NCBI RefSeq assembly: GCF_001194135.2
Contig: NC_068985.1
Location: 20,691,329 to 20,755,328 of the forward strand
DNA from: Octopus bimaculoides
Taxonomy: Eukaryota
DNA length: 64,000 nt
Reading direction: 5' to 3'
Shown here: positions 23,611 to 37,407 of the stretch, in pieces
How the letters are laid out: the number at the start of each line of letters is the position of its first letter
Position numbering within the stretch: position 1 is the first letter of the stretch
Translations under genes and position numbers: made by a program
Notes under the pieces: generated by a model
The model's input: only the letters and a program-made list of their open reading frames with translations
Databases searched by the model: none
Told to the model about the DNA's origin: nothing

Positions 23611-25744
23611 NNNNNNNNNNNNNNNNNNNNNNNNNNNNNNNNNNNNNNNNNNNNNNNNNNNNNNNNNNNNNNNNNNNNNNNNNNNNNNNNNNNNNNNNNN
23701 NNNNNNNNNNNNNNNNNNNNNNNNNNNNNNNNNNNNNNNNNNNNNNNNNNNNNNNNNNNNNNNNNNNNNNNNNNNNNNNNNNNNNNNNNNNNNNNNNNNN
23801 NNNNNNNNNNNNNNNNNNNNNNNNNNNNNNNNNNNNNNNNNNNNNNNNNNNNNNNNNNNNNNNNNNNNNNNNNNNNNNNNNNNNNNNNNNNNNNNNNNNN
23901 NNNNNNNNNNNNTATATATATATATATATATATGCATCATTTGTTTCATGCCAACACATGAAACTCTCAGCCCTTGAGTCACTCTGTGACTTGCTTGTTA
24001 TTAATGTATCATTAATATTGTAAATATATCTTAGAATTTGAGTTCTATTTTCCTGTTTGCATCATCAAACCTATATACATATATGCATATATATATATAT
24101 ATATATTCACTCACACACACACACACATATACATATACATTACACATACTACATATAATATGTGTATATATTTATATCTGTTATATGTGTTTATGTGTAT
24201 GTATATATGTACTGTTTTCTCAAGAAATGCTTAAATGCTTGGTAATACAATCAGTGACTATTGATATTCTAATGAACTTATGATCAGAAGTTATATCAGT
24301 TTATACATTACCATTTTATACATTTTTTTTTTCTTGTATTACTTATCTCTGTTATGGTAGCTAATTTCCACTTATGTATTAAGAAAAATATTGTTTGCAT
24401 TTTGCCACAGTTTTGATCGAATGTTCTATTCCCAGTTCCCAAATCTATTGATGCCTTTAAAACTTTGCATGCAGTACCATAATTCATTCCATGTTTTGGA
24501 GTTGCTTTCAGCAGATTTTTAATGAGATTAGTATGTTCTAATCTGTCTCATGTGGTTATGTTATATATTTTCATTTAGATAAATGAGGTTATTACCTAAA
24601 GTAGCCTTTCCTAACATTTTTACTCTTGTAATACATTTCATATCTCTGGGACCCCCCACCCACGTGAAACTTATTATATTATGCTTTCTTTTTCATTAAG
24701 TTAAATTCTATAAAAAACTGAAAAAAAATCAATGAAACAATGTTTGAAAGGTTTGGCAGTGCCAAATCCACCAGGCATCACAAAGATGGTTTAAGAAATT
24801 CTATCTTAACCAAGATGTTGCTTAGACAAAATTCCCGATATTATCATCATTGTTTTAATGTCCAATTTTCCATTAATGCATGGGGTGGATGGAATTTGAT
24901 AAAACATATATTCTACAGCCAGATGCTCTTCTTGTTGTTAACATTTGCCTATTTCCAAGTAAGTTCATATTTCCCCATGGCTGGACATATTATCACAGAT
25001 GTTTAGGAATGAAGGTCACTGCTTATATGATGGTGACACTTGTTTATTATTTTTTCCCCCATAAGCTCTGCCCTACCCCTTTGTAGATGTTGGAAATTTA
25101 AATATGCCATGTATGAATAATAAATATTTCAAATATAGGATTAAACACAAGAAATGACACTGAATTGCATTTTTATACAGATTATCCTATTTATGACTAT
25201 TTTCTCTGGTAAACTATTGACTCCTCGCAGAGATCACTAGGGTTCCAGGTTGGGAAATGCTGATCTAGGAAATTATTGCATTGGAACTCTGAGCCGTTAG
25301 TCAAAGCGTTTAACCACTTGTTCTGCACATTCAACTCCCACACATATTTTACTTCCATTAATTGTAACGAAACTTACTTATACTCCAAATTCAACTTCCA
25401 TACATTATATTTTAATTGAACTAATTACAGAAACAGTTTTCCCATTGACGACAACTTTGACTAAAGATATATCTTCCCAGCAATCATTGAATAAATAACT
25501 ATACAAAATTCCGCTTAAGCTGTTCTTTACCTGAACACGAATACGCATATTTGTGCAACATAAAAAATACCAGCTACATTCAAAAGAAACCTCCTGTTAT
25601 ATATTTACTCATTACTTTCAGTATTTTAACATGTTTTATTAGTGTGAGAGAAGGAGAAATTGTTTATATTTTTCAAATTAGTTTTTTTGCCTTTCATTGG
25701 TGTTCAGTAATAAAAACTACAAATCCAACTCACCGCAGCTTTAC

Positions 25745-25802
25745 CTTGCTGACTGTTTCTGTTTTATATCTTCTCATCTGTGTCTTTATTAGCCACACAT
25801 AC
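25745..25802 (-). CDS. Candidate 58-nt exon (unidentified gene)
   Basis: gttatcagttgcag|G TAT GTG TGG...AGC AAG|gtaaaa reads YVWLIKTQMRRYKTETVSK and is phase-compatible with 22867-22946. An alternative donor gtgagt lies 12 nt further on. Confidence 0.28.
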
Positions 25803-25934
25803 CTGCAACTGATAACAACATGAATGGTTTCCATTTAACAGTTGCTCTTCTTTTCCAAACATATTTCCTGTTCATAGTGGAAAAATTTTCACATTTTCTT
25901 TTTCTTTTTGATTGTTTAATTCTTTCCATTGACT

Positions 25935-25979
<45 letters not shown>

Positions 25980-26324
25980 ATCTTGTTATTACTGTCTTCA
26001 TATTTACATATCTGTATGCATTCTGCGTGTTTTGTTTAAATATATTGTGTATACACATCTACACACACACATATATAAAATATAAGATAGAGGAAAACAA
26101 AGTTATGATATATTCACAAAGTATATGCACTACAAATACACAGAAACCCACAAACATGCATTAATGTATGTATATGTGTTAATGTGTCATATAAGTTATT
26201 TAATATAAAAAAAGTGAATTATATACAATAGGCTTTTACTTAGAAAAACACACACGTGTGGATTAGCTAAATACAACATATTCAAATCTATACTATCTTC
26301 TTTTTTTAAAGGTTATATTTATTC

Positions 26325-26625
26325 ATATGAAGGTATGTGGCCTAGTAATTAGAATATTGAACTCACAATTTCGAGATTATGGGTTCAATTCCCAGGCTGA
26401 GCAACACATTGGGTTCTTAAGCAAAACACATCATTTCACATTGTTTCAGTCCACTAAACTGTAAATGGGTAACCCTGGGCAGAGCTAACCTTCCGATCAG
26501 AGGGAATGTTGGCCTGCTCACCTAGCCAGTGGGATGATATCATTCAAAAACGATGCAAAAGCGCATTGTGACAAGTGATGTATAACGGCATCCAATAGTC
26601 TGGTCGATCACTTGATCACAAGATA
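26325..26625 (+). mobile_element. tRNA-derived SINE related to family D
   Basis: GAAGGTATGTGGCCTAGTAATTAGAATATTGAACTCACAAT..GGGTTCAATTCCCAGG, followed by GGGTTCTTAAGCAAAACAC..TTTCACATTG. Confidence 0.75.
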
Positions 26626-27341
26626 TTTATTCATACAGACACACGTCTGACACAAATGTATAAAAATCAGGTGTGCTTCTGCATGCTTAATTATAAATCT
26701 GTTGTTTCTCTCATCTCACTTTATTTTTACTCTTTTGTCTCACCTTACCTTTCTCTGCTGTTTATTTTACCTTCCTCCATGCTCAACACCTACATTTTCT
26801 ATCATGCATCATTGAACTAGTTACATAGTTGACACTTCTCAAATATCACGCATACAGTAGGTTCTTTGATGGTAACAGCTTGGAATCTGTACTTGTCTTA
26901 ACACTATAATCAACCAAATAGCTTGACAAATTTACCACTAACTGCTAGAAATTCACTGGGCCAGAACAGCTTATGATGCTCAAAACAGTTGCCAAAATGT
27001 ATGCTTCTCTAGTGTAGGATTTTGTCTCTACATTTGAATTATTCTATTCTGAATAATATTCTGTGAAAACTCTGTGATGTCATTAATGCAAGGTGTGAAA
27101 AGCAAATGAAAAATGATAAGAATAGAGATATGTAATGAGTTCTTATATACAGGTGCAAGGACCTTAATTTTGAAGAGATGGAGTTAGTCAACCCCATCAG
27201 TTTCAGGTACTTTATTTTAACAACTTCAAAAGGATGAAAGGCAAAGTTGGTCTAGGTGAGATTTGAACTCAGGACATAAAGAGCTGGAAGAAATACCACA
27301 AGGCATTTTATTTTGTCCACTGTTCTAATCTCACTAGAGGC

Positions 27342-27500
27342 AATGGTGTAGCTAGAGTAAGTGCCATCCAAGACATTCCCTTAAATTTGCTGTCCCCTGC
27401 ATCCTATACAAGCTTTTACAGAAGAGCCAAATGTGCTACCCTTATAAAAGTGTTACCTGGGATGGACTGCCCTCATTGTGTCCCCTACTCCAGCTACACT
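27342..27500. mobile_element. Small MITE-like element
   Basis: 14-bp imperfect TIRs GGTGTAGCTAGAGT ... ACTCCAGCTACACT. Confidence 0.55.
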
Positions 27501-29443
27501 AAATAGAGATATATGAGAACGGATTACTGACATTGAGAGCTGGTGTTTATTAGATATTATTGTACCCATCAAAGAAAAAATATTATGCTATACTGAAAAG
27601 AAAAGATGAATATATTATATATGAAAGTATAGTAAACATAATTTCTTTTATTTTTCTGTCCCAATATACAAATTCTAAATTATAACTTCAAATATAGGAC
27701 AGTTATGGCTTAATAGAAATAATAGCTCAAGATTTGCAATAAGAAACAAGTCCAGGTGATCAGCAATTAATGACCTTGAAGTAATACATCTGATTGGAAC
27801 CATTAATCATTTCTTTTTTTATTAAAACAAAAAAGATAAAAAGAAATAAATCAAAAAGAAAACTGGCTACACTTCATCTTTTCCTATAATCTACGTCTTC
27901 AATCCCATTTCTCCTTTCAAATGGAATTTGGAAAATTTAATCTACTTTCCATCAGAGACATCTTTCATCTGTTAACATTGTATGTAATTTTTTTTATGAC
28001 ATACTTAATTAGAAAGTCATGCCTTGTTAACAATTTTGGATACCTTCCATGATGGTATGATACAATCAACATATTCTACCATATTTATGAATTCATTTTT
28101 GTTTTTTGTTTTTGTTCTACTTTTTTTATCTTCTGTGAGTACCTTTTTTTTATTGTTCTAAGTTCATTAAATATTGCAAGGATGGGATTTTTCTTAAGTG
28201 GAGCATTTGCATTTTTAGTGAGTACTGAAATGTGAATGTAAGTCATGCCTGTCTTATTCATTTGGGCAAACTGGAAAATGCAGTTAGTTATCTTACTCAA
28301 AGGCACAACACACAATGACAACAGCAAAATCTAAATGGATGATCTGTGATCAGTAGTTCAGAACCCAAATCTTATGACTATGATGCTCTTTCATGGTGTG
28401 GACACCAAGACTGTACTAAAAGTCCTTCAGAAAATTACTCAAAAATTCTTCAGAAATTCACCAGGCTGGACAAAGAGTCAGGTCTTAGACATGTGTGGAT
28501 ATAATATTGTGATCCCCATCAATCAACAGCAACTGTAGTGAGTAGATATCCTAATAACAGACGTTATCCAAGTATCTAATAATAATAGACAAAGCTCACA
28601 AAAGTCTTCCTCTGTGACCCCTTCACAACCAATGCCATGAGAGGGGATTTGGTAGATAGAAATGAAAGAAGCCCACAGTATGCTTGTGTGTGTGTGGGGG
28701 GGGGGCGTATGTATGCATGTATGTATGTATTTATGTATGCATGCATGTATGTATGTATAGATGAATGATATATGCATGTATGTATGGTGTTTGTTTTTAT
28801 GTCAAGATATACATGAAAACAATTTGACATTAAATTGAAGGGTTACTAAATACTGTAGTAGAGTATTTGTTTATTAAACTTTTATGATATACATACATAT
28901 ACATGTGTGTGTGTGTGTGTGTGTGTGTGCATGCATGCATATGTGAATTCATATTTCATCTTGTCTTCATGTGTGTTCTCTAGCTATAAACAATGGCTTC
29001 AGTGCTAATGCAGTCAGAGTCATTTGCTTGCAGCCTACTTCAAAAGCATGTCCAGGCATTTTGACATGTCTTCACATGTTATGTGATCTCTGTGAAGTAA
29101 AGGTTCCTTCATACAGTGCTAATTGCTTTCGGTTCTTTGAATAACCATTTATAAACTGGGAGATTACCTGGAAACAGGTGGAGGTTGGCATTATGAAGGC
29201 TATCCAACTACAGAAAACTCTATCACAATTTAGTCTCCTGTGACTCATGCAAGCTTGAAAAAGTAGATGTTAGAACGACCACAACCACAATGGTGATGAC
29301 ATAAAAGATATACATTTTTCTTTGTATTGTCATGAAATGAAAAATATTGGTGCATCAAAGAAACTAATAGCTTGCAGCACATGAGCAATGAGCTGTATCT
29401 GCCTACATTGAGAATGACTTGCTTTTGGCAATAAAATAAATAC

Positions 29444-29599
29444 TAGAAAATGTTCTGGGTTTGATTCCTTATACCAGAACTCTTGAAGCATGGATGCAGT
29501 CCAAAAACTGAAACCAGTAAGACAATAAAAGAATGAATATGTGTGTGTGTGTATTTGTGTAAATATGTGCGTGCACACACACACACACACACACACACT

Positions 29600-29655
<56 letters not shown>

Positions 29656-30568
29656 TATATATATATATGTATGTACGTATGTACGTATAGACCCCTACAC
29701 AAACATATATACATACATATGTGTTTGTGTATAAGTATGTAGTATCTTCCTTTATTCCTATAAAGGTTTGTAATAAAGAGACAATACGTCATTTCTGAAG
29801 TGTAAATGACATGTGAAGTGTTGAGCATTTTAGCTTAGTTTGTATTCACAAAGTGTGTTCTGCGAAATGAATGTTAGGTCACTGTGCTGCACTTAGAAGA
29901 CTAATGCTTTGATATTTACGAACGTAGCCAATAAATTTAGCTATAAATGTGAATACATAATCTGAGAAGCAAAGCTGCAGGTTTCAAATCAGTTATCTAA
30001 ATATTATCTTTCACACTGATTTTAAAAGAGATGTTTACATCTGCAAGGCAGGTGACTTCTATAACATCATCTCATTTTCTTTTCTGTCCCCACAAAAACT
30101 ATATCAAGTTTGTTACATTTGTATCAGGTGAAATCTTTGTTAGGAATGTTCCACTGATACTTGTCAAGTTGAAATGAATGAATGTATTCAACAACAGAAA
30201 TATTTCCTATATTTATCCCAGGGAAGTTTTTCTTACGGATGGCACTATATATAGAGGCATACAGTGGTTGTTGTCACAGTGTTTTTTTCTTTTTGTTTTG
30301 TTTTTTATGCTGAGTGTTTCTCTTCCGAATTTTTATTGAGGTACGCTAATCTATCAAATCTGGGGTAGCAAAAACGTCCTTGGGAAGTAAGTAAATAAGT
30401 ACTTCTTCAGGAATTCCAATGTGTGTATGTATATATGTGTATATGTATTTATTTGTTTAGAACGACACAGGTAACAATGGAGAAAAGCCTCAGCTTTAAA
30501 TAAATAAATAAACTCACACATACACATACAAAAATATATATATATATAATATATATACGCACATATAA

Positions 30569-30609
<41 letters not shown>

Positions 30610-33600
30610 TTTAAAAAAAACACAAAAAACAATAACAAAAAGACAACAAAGTGAGGACGTGATATGGATAGTGTTATTGGATGCTCGGGAAAGGAAGGAG
30701 AGAGAGTATGACGTTTCGGGCGGAGCCCTTTGTCGGAAAGACAGAAAGTTCGGAGAATGGAAAAACGGAGGAAGAGGAAAATGGCACTGATGCCCACGAG
30801 GTTACATTGTGAAAGGACCGGAAGAGGAGATGGTGGGGGAAAAGTTCTTTCTAAGACAGGAGAGTGAAAAAAGGAGGTGAATATCTGTGCATGCGTGAGA
30901 GTCTGCGAGTGTGTGTGTGATAACAGAACGTGTGTGTGCGTATGTATGTGTGTGTGTGTGTGTGTGCATGGTTTGGTGGTTTATCTGTTAGTGTGTATGT
31001 GTGTTTGTGTGTGTGTGTATGTGACGTAGTGGAAGGAATTAGTAGCAGGAATAGTTAGTGGGTGCTTATATATATATATATATATATATACATACAATAA
31101 TTATAAGCTTAAAGCTTATAAGCATTCACGTATATTGGTTAAAGAAAAGAGTCTAATATTGGGGTATATAAGCCCTCAATGGAAACAGGTGGGTGTTAGT
31201 ACACTGAGGGTTTATATGCCTTAAAATTGAGACTATTTTTGTTAGCAAATACACCGTGAACACTTATAAGTTTTAACCTTATAATCATCATTATTACATC
31301 TGCCTTAGTGAAGGCAGAGGTATTGTTTTTAGTCATATTTGTTTGTTTGATTGTTTGTCCATGGACATGGTATCTCAAGAACTGCTGGATAGATTCAGAT
31401 GAAACTTTCAGTGATATTTGGCCTCATAACTGGCACAAACTGATTAGATTTGGGGACCAATCCAGAACTGGACAAAGATTCTGGATTATTTTTCTTGTTT
31501 TTTTACTTAATTTTTGAGAGTGGTCGGGTTCATTTTTAGTATTCTCATTTGTGAGAGCAGTCTAGTTTATTTCAGATATTCTCATTTTAAAAATCATCTC
31601 TGGCTAATCGTTGAGAGGACATTGGTGTTGCCTTGGTGGAGGTTTGCACTCTCTGAGTGCTCTTATTATTAGCTACAGAATTTTCACTCGTCCCTGCTTC
31701 TCCATTTAACACAATGTATATAGGTATGTATGTATGTATGTATGTATGTATGTACGTATGTATGTATGCATGCATGCATGCATACACGCACAAATGCAGA
31801 CAGACAAACAGGCAGACAGATGGGCAGGCAGGTAGGCATGTAGGCAAGTAGACAGATCGACAGACGGATGGATGGATGGATGGATGGATGGATGGATGGA
31901 TGGATGGATGGATGGATGCATATATGAAAGTAATTAGTTAAATTTTTGGAAAGCTTGAGCAAGTTAAGCATGGAAACTAACTTTATCCTAGTTAAGCAAC
32001 TGAATGAATTCACTTCACTTGTAACAAGGCCACCCCAATCTGGATGTTCAAGTGGTTCGAATTCATATACATTTCCTGTCTGTAAAACTAACCTCTTCTT
32101 TCTCTCCTTTACTCACAAGTGTAGCAAAGTGGTATGTACTCCTATTTGTAAGAAAGAGAGTACTCAGAACATTTGTAGTTCAAAGACTAGTTTTGAAGAT
32201 TCCTGACACAGAATGAAATTAATAGTCACTGTGTGGTATTGAACCTTCCATTTCCCACTGTGTGTATAAATGGATGGATGGATAGATGGATGTGTGTGAA
32301 TGAGAGTGGTTACCAGTGGCATAGTGAATACTCTCAGTACCTTGGGCAAAGTGTCATCCACCTTAATTAACAAGTTTGATAAACCAAAAGATCATTTGCA
32401 CTTTACCTCAGACTCTGTGTGTGCATGTGTGTTTGTGTTTGTATGCGCATGTGCATGCCTGTGCATGTGCACATACACATTTAAATATTTACTTGTGTGC
32501 CTAAACATATGCATCTGATATGTATAATATGAATGTATATGTTTTTGCTTGTTTGTTTTGTGTTTTTCTCTTTTTGCTGACTTTTAAGTAATAACCATTT
32601 TTATTTTTTAAAATGTCAACTTTACATCTGTGTGTGTGTGTGTGTGTGTGATCTTAATACTGTGTATCTTTATAAGTTTATTTAATTACGCATCCACCTT
32701 ATGGTCAGCCAAGCATTTTTATTCATGTCCTAACTAGCACTGATAGTTTTTGATACATATGTGCTTGCTTTTACCAAGTAATATAACGTTGGTTAACTAG
32801 CCTGTTAATTAACATTATATACTCCAACTAATTAAAACATTGATATTAAGAATTTAGTCGTCCTTAATGCTGTTGCTAGATAGATTTGTACATATCTCGT
32901 TGAAAAATACACCCACATAAATGTTATCTGATCAAACAGTTAAGGAATGGTGTAGTTTTAAATAATCTCATACCACCATGCAATTGAAACCTAGCAAACA
33001 TAGGGAAAATACAATGTTAAATCAACCTTGACAAATGTGGATTTAGAACTACAGACCATAAACACATATTAATCAGCCAAGCCAATTAAATGCCTCTCTG
33101 CTCTGTTGGTGAAATGCTATTTAATATAAAGATTGATGAACATTAGTTATTGCAACCAGTAAAGAAAAGAATATGTCAACAATAACCCATGAATATAAAT
33201 CTTGGCTTGTTTGGCACACATTGAATAATTGATAAAAGTTAATAGCTTATATTATCCCAGAACTACATTGTAGAGAATCACATACAACAACACAATGTTA
33301 TCCCTAGCACTCTATTTTTCTGAAATTCATTGTATAGATTCATTATGTTATCAAGTGATTGATCGTGTTATTAAAGTGCCGAAACTCCCTCAAATTTCTA
33401 CTGCAGTCAGATAGGCTACACAGTGGCAGTCACAACAGAATTGGGTAAAATGCTTTGTAGTATTTGTTCTGGCTCTCGGTGTACTGAGTTCAAATGTTGC
33501 TGAGGTTAACTCTGCTTTTCATCCTTCAGGCGTTGATAAAGATTTGATAAGAATTACAGCAATAAGAACATACACATATGAACATACACACACACACATT

Positions 33601-34923
33601 ACACATGCGTAATGTGTACACACAGATGCATATATGGACAAACATAGATATGCATGAATATACAGGGTGTAAGACATTTTGGTACAGTTATTTTGGGATT
33701 ACCTAATTGGTGTAGTGGAGGNNNNNNNNNNNNNNNNNNNNNNNNNNNNNNNNNNNNNNNNNNNNNNNNNNNNNNNNNNNNNNNNNNNNNNNNNNNNNNN
33801 NNNNNNNNNNNNNNNNNNNNNNNNNNNNNNNNNNNNNNNNNNNNNNNNNNNNNNNNNNNNNNNNNNNNNNNNNNNNNNNNNNNNNNNNNNNNNNNNNNNN
33901 NNNNNNNNNNNNNNNNNNNNNNNNNNNNNNNNNNNNNNNNNNNNNNNNNNNNNNNNNNNNNNNNNNNNNNNNNNNNNNNNNNNNNNNNNNNNNNNNNNNN
34001 NNNNNNNNNNNNNNNNNNNNNNNNNNNNNNNNNNNNNNNNNNNNNNNNNNNNNNNNNNNNNNNNNNNNNNNNNNNNNNNNNNNNNNNNNNNNNNNNNNNN
34101 NNNNNNNNNNNNNNNNNNNNNNNNNNNNNNNNNNNNNNNNNNNNNNNNNNNNNNNNNNNNNNNNNNNNNNNNNNNNNNNNNNNNNNNNNNNNNNNNNNNN
34201 NNNNNNNNNNNNNNNNNNNNNNNNNNNNNNNNNNNNNNNNNNNNNNNNNNNNNNNNNNNNNNNNNNNNNNNNNNNNNNNNNNNNNNNNNNNNNNNNNNNN
34301 NNNNNNNNNNNNNNNNNNNNNNNNNNNNNNNNNNNNNNNNNNNNNNNNNNNNNNNNNNNNNNNNNNNNNNNNNNNNNNNNNNNNNNNNNNNNNNNNNNNN
34401 NNNNNNNNNNNNNNNNNNNNNNNNNNNNNNNNNNNNNNNNNNNNNNNNNNNNNNNNNNNNNNNNNNNNNNNNNNNNNNNNNNNNNNNNNNNNNNNNNNNN
34501 NNNNNNNNNNNNNNNNNNNNNNNNNNNNNNNNNNNNNNNNNNNNNNNNNNNNNNNNNNNNNNNNNNNNNNNNNNNNNNNNNNNNNNNNNNNNNNNNNNNN
34601 NNNNNNNNNNNNNNNNNNNNNNNNNNNNNNNNNNNNNNNNNNNNNNNNNNNNNNNNNNNNNNNNNNNNNNNNNNNTATCTTTATCATTCTCTCATTATCT
34701 GCGTGTGTATATATCTGCATGCCTGTGCATGTGTGTATATTTGCCTCCAGTGCCAAATAGTTCTGTTGTAAAAGCAGGCAGAATGTCCAGTCAGCCACAC
34801 TAAATTATTAGTGCCCAAACAGACTCACCCAATCATCTCATTCTAATATATAACTATATATATTGCTGACATTTTTTAAAATATAAATAGTCTATCAATA
34901 CCAGTCAAGCACTTGTGTGCATT

Positions 34924-34959
<36 letters not shown>

Positions 34960-35180
34960 CATACCTTCCTCTCTGAACTGGCTACACAGCACTGTGAGAA
35001 AGGTTAAGAAGAGGATTGGTGACAGCATTTTTTTCCTCTAGAACAGAAAAACAAATAGAGCAAGAGACTAGCAACCATTTTTCGTAGACAAACTGATATG
35101 CTATTGGAACTATCCAAGGACAAACTGATACACAGAAGACCACAATACAGACAAAAATAAAGTAGATTGTATTCAGATGG

Positions 35181-35225
<45 letters not shown>

Positions 35226-35683
35226 AAACAAAATATGTTATTGTAGATGGCTGAGAAATTTTATAAGACCAAACTAATATTGTCTGGCATTCACAATTAT
35301 CTAGAAAGTAAGATTGAAAGCAGAACAAATATGATTCTGGGGCAAATACTTCGATGGATTTTCTGTAATGTTTATCATAAATCTCCTTTGACTACAGGCA
35401 TTTACTATGGTGGTTTCTGTATATATTTAATGTACTTTAGTCAATAGATAATATTACATTTTTGTTCTACTATCATGCCTTCTCTTTCTCCTCTCACTCT
35501 GTTTATCTTCATCATAGATATATGTGTGCACAAGTGTTTGTCTCAGTGGGTGTTTAATGAAGAAAGATATGCAAAAGCTATCACCATAGCGACAGTGTTT
35601 CCATGCCTCAGTGCACCCCAGTTTTCCACCGTTAATTCATAGTAATCAAAATGTGACATTTTTATACCCACGCAAATACATAG

Positions 35684-35721
<38 letters not shown>

Positions 35722-37407
35722 CTACATACACATCAATACACCTACACACATACACAGATAAACTGCTTAAGCTTATGTTCTCATGAAAATTATATATGCA
35801 GATTACATACACTCACAATATAGATGATATTTTAGTGTTAAAGCAGTGTAAAGGGATTGGCATAAGAAAATAGAATTGTTTAGCAAATAAATAATTCTGT
35901 TTTACTAATGAGATCAGAATAAGACCAAAACGTATCTGAAGTTATCTCTTGTGCTTTCCCAAAAATTTTAAATAATCCTTGTCACTTAATAATATCATTT
36001 ATTCCCAGTGCTCATTCCAAGTTAGTTTCAAATGCTCCCAGCATTGAATATGTTAACAGAAGTGGCTGTGTCAATAGGCACAGGAGTGGCTGTGTGGAAA
36101 GTAGCTTACTTCCCAACCACATGGTTCTGGGTTCGGTCCCACTGTGTGGCACCTCGGGCAAGTGTCTTCTGCTATAGCCTCGGGTCGACCAAAGCCTTGT
36201 GAGTGGATCTGGTAGACGGAAACTGAAAGAAGCCTATTGTATATGTGTGTGTGTGTGTGTGTTTGTATTTGTCCCCCCAACATCGCTTGAGAACTGATGC
36301 TGGTCTGTTTACGTCCCTGTAACTTAGCGGTCCGGCAATAGACCACCGATAGAATAAGCACTAACCATGCAAAGAATGAGTCCTGGGGTTAATTTGCTCA
36401 ACCAAAGGCGGTGCACCAGCATGGCCGCAGTCAAATGATTGAATCAAATAAAAGGATAAAAGAATTAACTGTTTACAGATAGTTTTATTGAGTTATTTAT
36501 TCTCAAGCAAAACCCTAATTTTCTATAGCAGCTAATGCACAAGCATCAATGTTTACCTGTGATCCTTTTATCACAACTTCAGCAAGTAGCATGAAAGCTG
36601 TACTTTACTGAAGAGTCCACAACAAAACTGAAATATGTCTGGAATTGTCTCCAATACTCACTGGAAAAATTTAAATAACTATTAGTCATTGAATACTATT
36701 ATTATACTAATCACATAATTATTTCTAATTAACTTTTTGATGCTTCCTGTATTAAATCCAGTTTATATTTTATACTCAGAATTTGTTTTGTATTTTGGTG
36801 CATATATTCTACATTATATTTATACATACAAATAATATAGCATCATTTAAACATTTGTGAATTATTTTATGAAAAACACAGATTTTATTAACATATATAT
36901 ATATATATATATAAAACAATGACTTCACTTGCTAAACTGCTATACCATTGCACTGTTTAGCTGCAGTTTTTCAATTCTGAATTCTTATCCCACCACCGAG
37001 GGTGACTTTGTCTTTCATACTTCTAGAATCAACAAAATGAAGAACCAGTCAAGTATTGGTATCAACTAACCCCATCCCTTTCCCCATAAAATATGTAGCC
37101 TTGTATCTTTGTTAGGCACCAATAACTGCAACAGTTCATTTCACCATTAACTTCATCTAATTAGGCTTCTCTTTCCTGATCTAACTAAATACTAAATCAT
37201 GTGTAGCATGTCAAGTCAATCAGGAATTATTCTAATTAAAACACAGCTGTTGATTGTCTAACCATCACTATTGCTACAGATGTTCTCTTTCAAATGACTT
37301 TTTTAAAAATATTATTGCTATAATTTAGTTGAAGAAGATAGTGACCACAGCCTGTATCAGCACCTTCCAAACTAGCAAGGTCAATGTAGTTGAGGTTCAA
37401 TAATTGC
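29444..37407 (-). CDS. Hypothetical chain of four phase-compatible small exons (37364-37407, 36557-36597, 31982-32079, 29444-29507)
   Basis: Each piece has AG/GT ends. Joined they read [82 protein letters not shown]. No homologue recognised, and some donors are weak. Confidence 0.25.
30615..31065 (-). mobile_element. Penelope-like element terminal (pLTR-like) fragment with degenerate hammerhead core
   Basis: Minus strand at 30707-30740 reads CTTTCCGACAAAGGGC-TCC-GCCCGAAACGTCAT (core variant, stem II, GAAAC-GTC), flanked by TC-rich and (CA)n segments. The PLE assignment is from recalled family structure. Confidence 0.62.
31100..31285. mobile_element. 186-bp imperfect foldback element adjacent to (TA)n
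   Basis: ATTATAAG..AAAGCTTATAAG..TTCACG...GGGTATATAAGCCCTCA mirrors TGAGGGTTTATATGCC...CGTGAACACTTATAAGTTTT..CCTTATAAT. Confidence 0.8.
31291..31665 (+). mobile_element. Non-autonomous Helentron-associated (HINE/DINE-like) element
   Basis: 5' TTATTACATCTGCCTTAGTGAAGGCAGAGGT palindrome, (GTTT)n core, 3' sub-terminal inverted repeat GCCTTGGTGGAGGT, then stem-loop GCACTC-TCT-GAGTGC followed by T-rich sequence. Confidence 0.72.
31725..31920. repeat. (TATG)n, (CAGA/CAGG)n and (TGGA)n compound tetranucleotide repeats
   Basis: Seen directly. Confidence 0.92.
36076..36463 (+). mobile_element. SINE family A, near intact
   Basis: AGGCACAGGAGTGGCTGTGTGG...GGGTTCGGTCCCACTG...AAAGGCGGTGCACCAGCATGGCCGCAGTC. 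Confidence 0.92.

Noticed and set aside
24300-24546. Open minus frame LEHTNLIKNLLKATPKHGMNYGTACKVLK...
   Set aside because: Poor acceptor context, phase does not fit the neighbouring candidates, and no recognised family.
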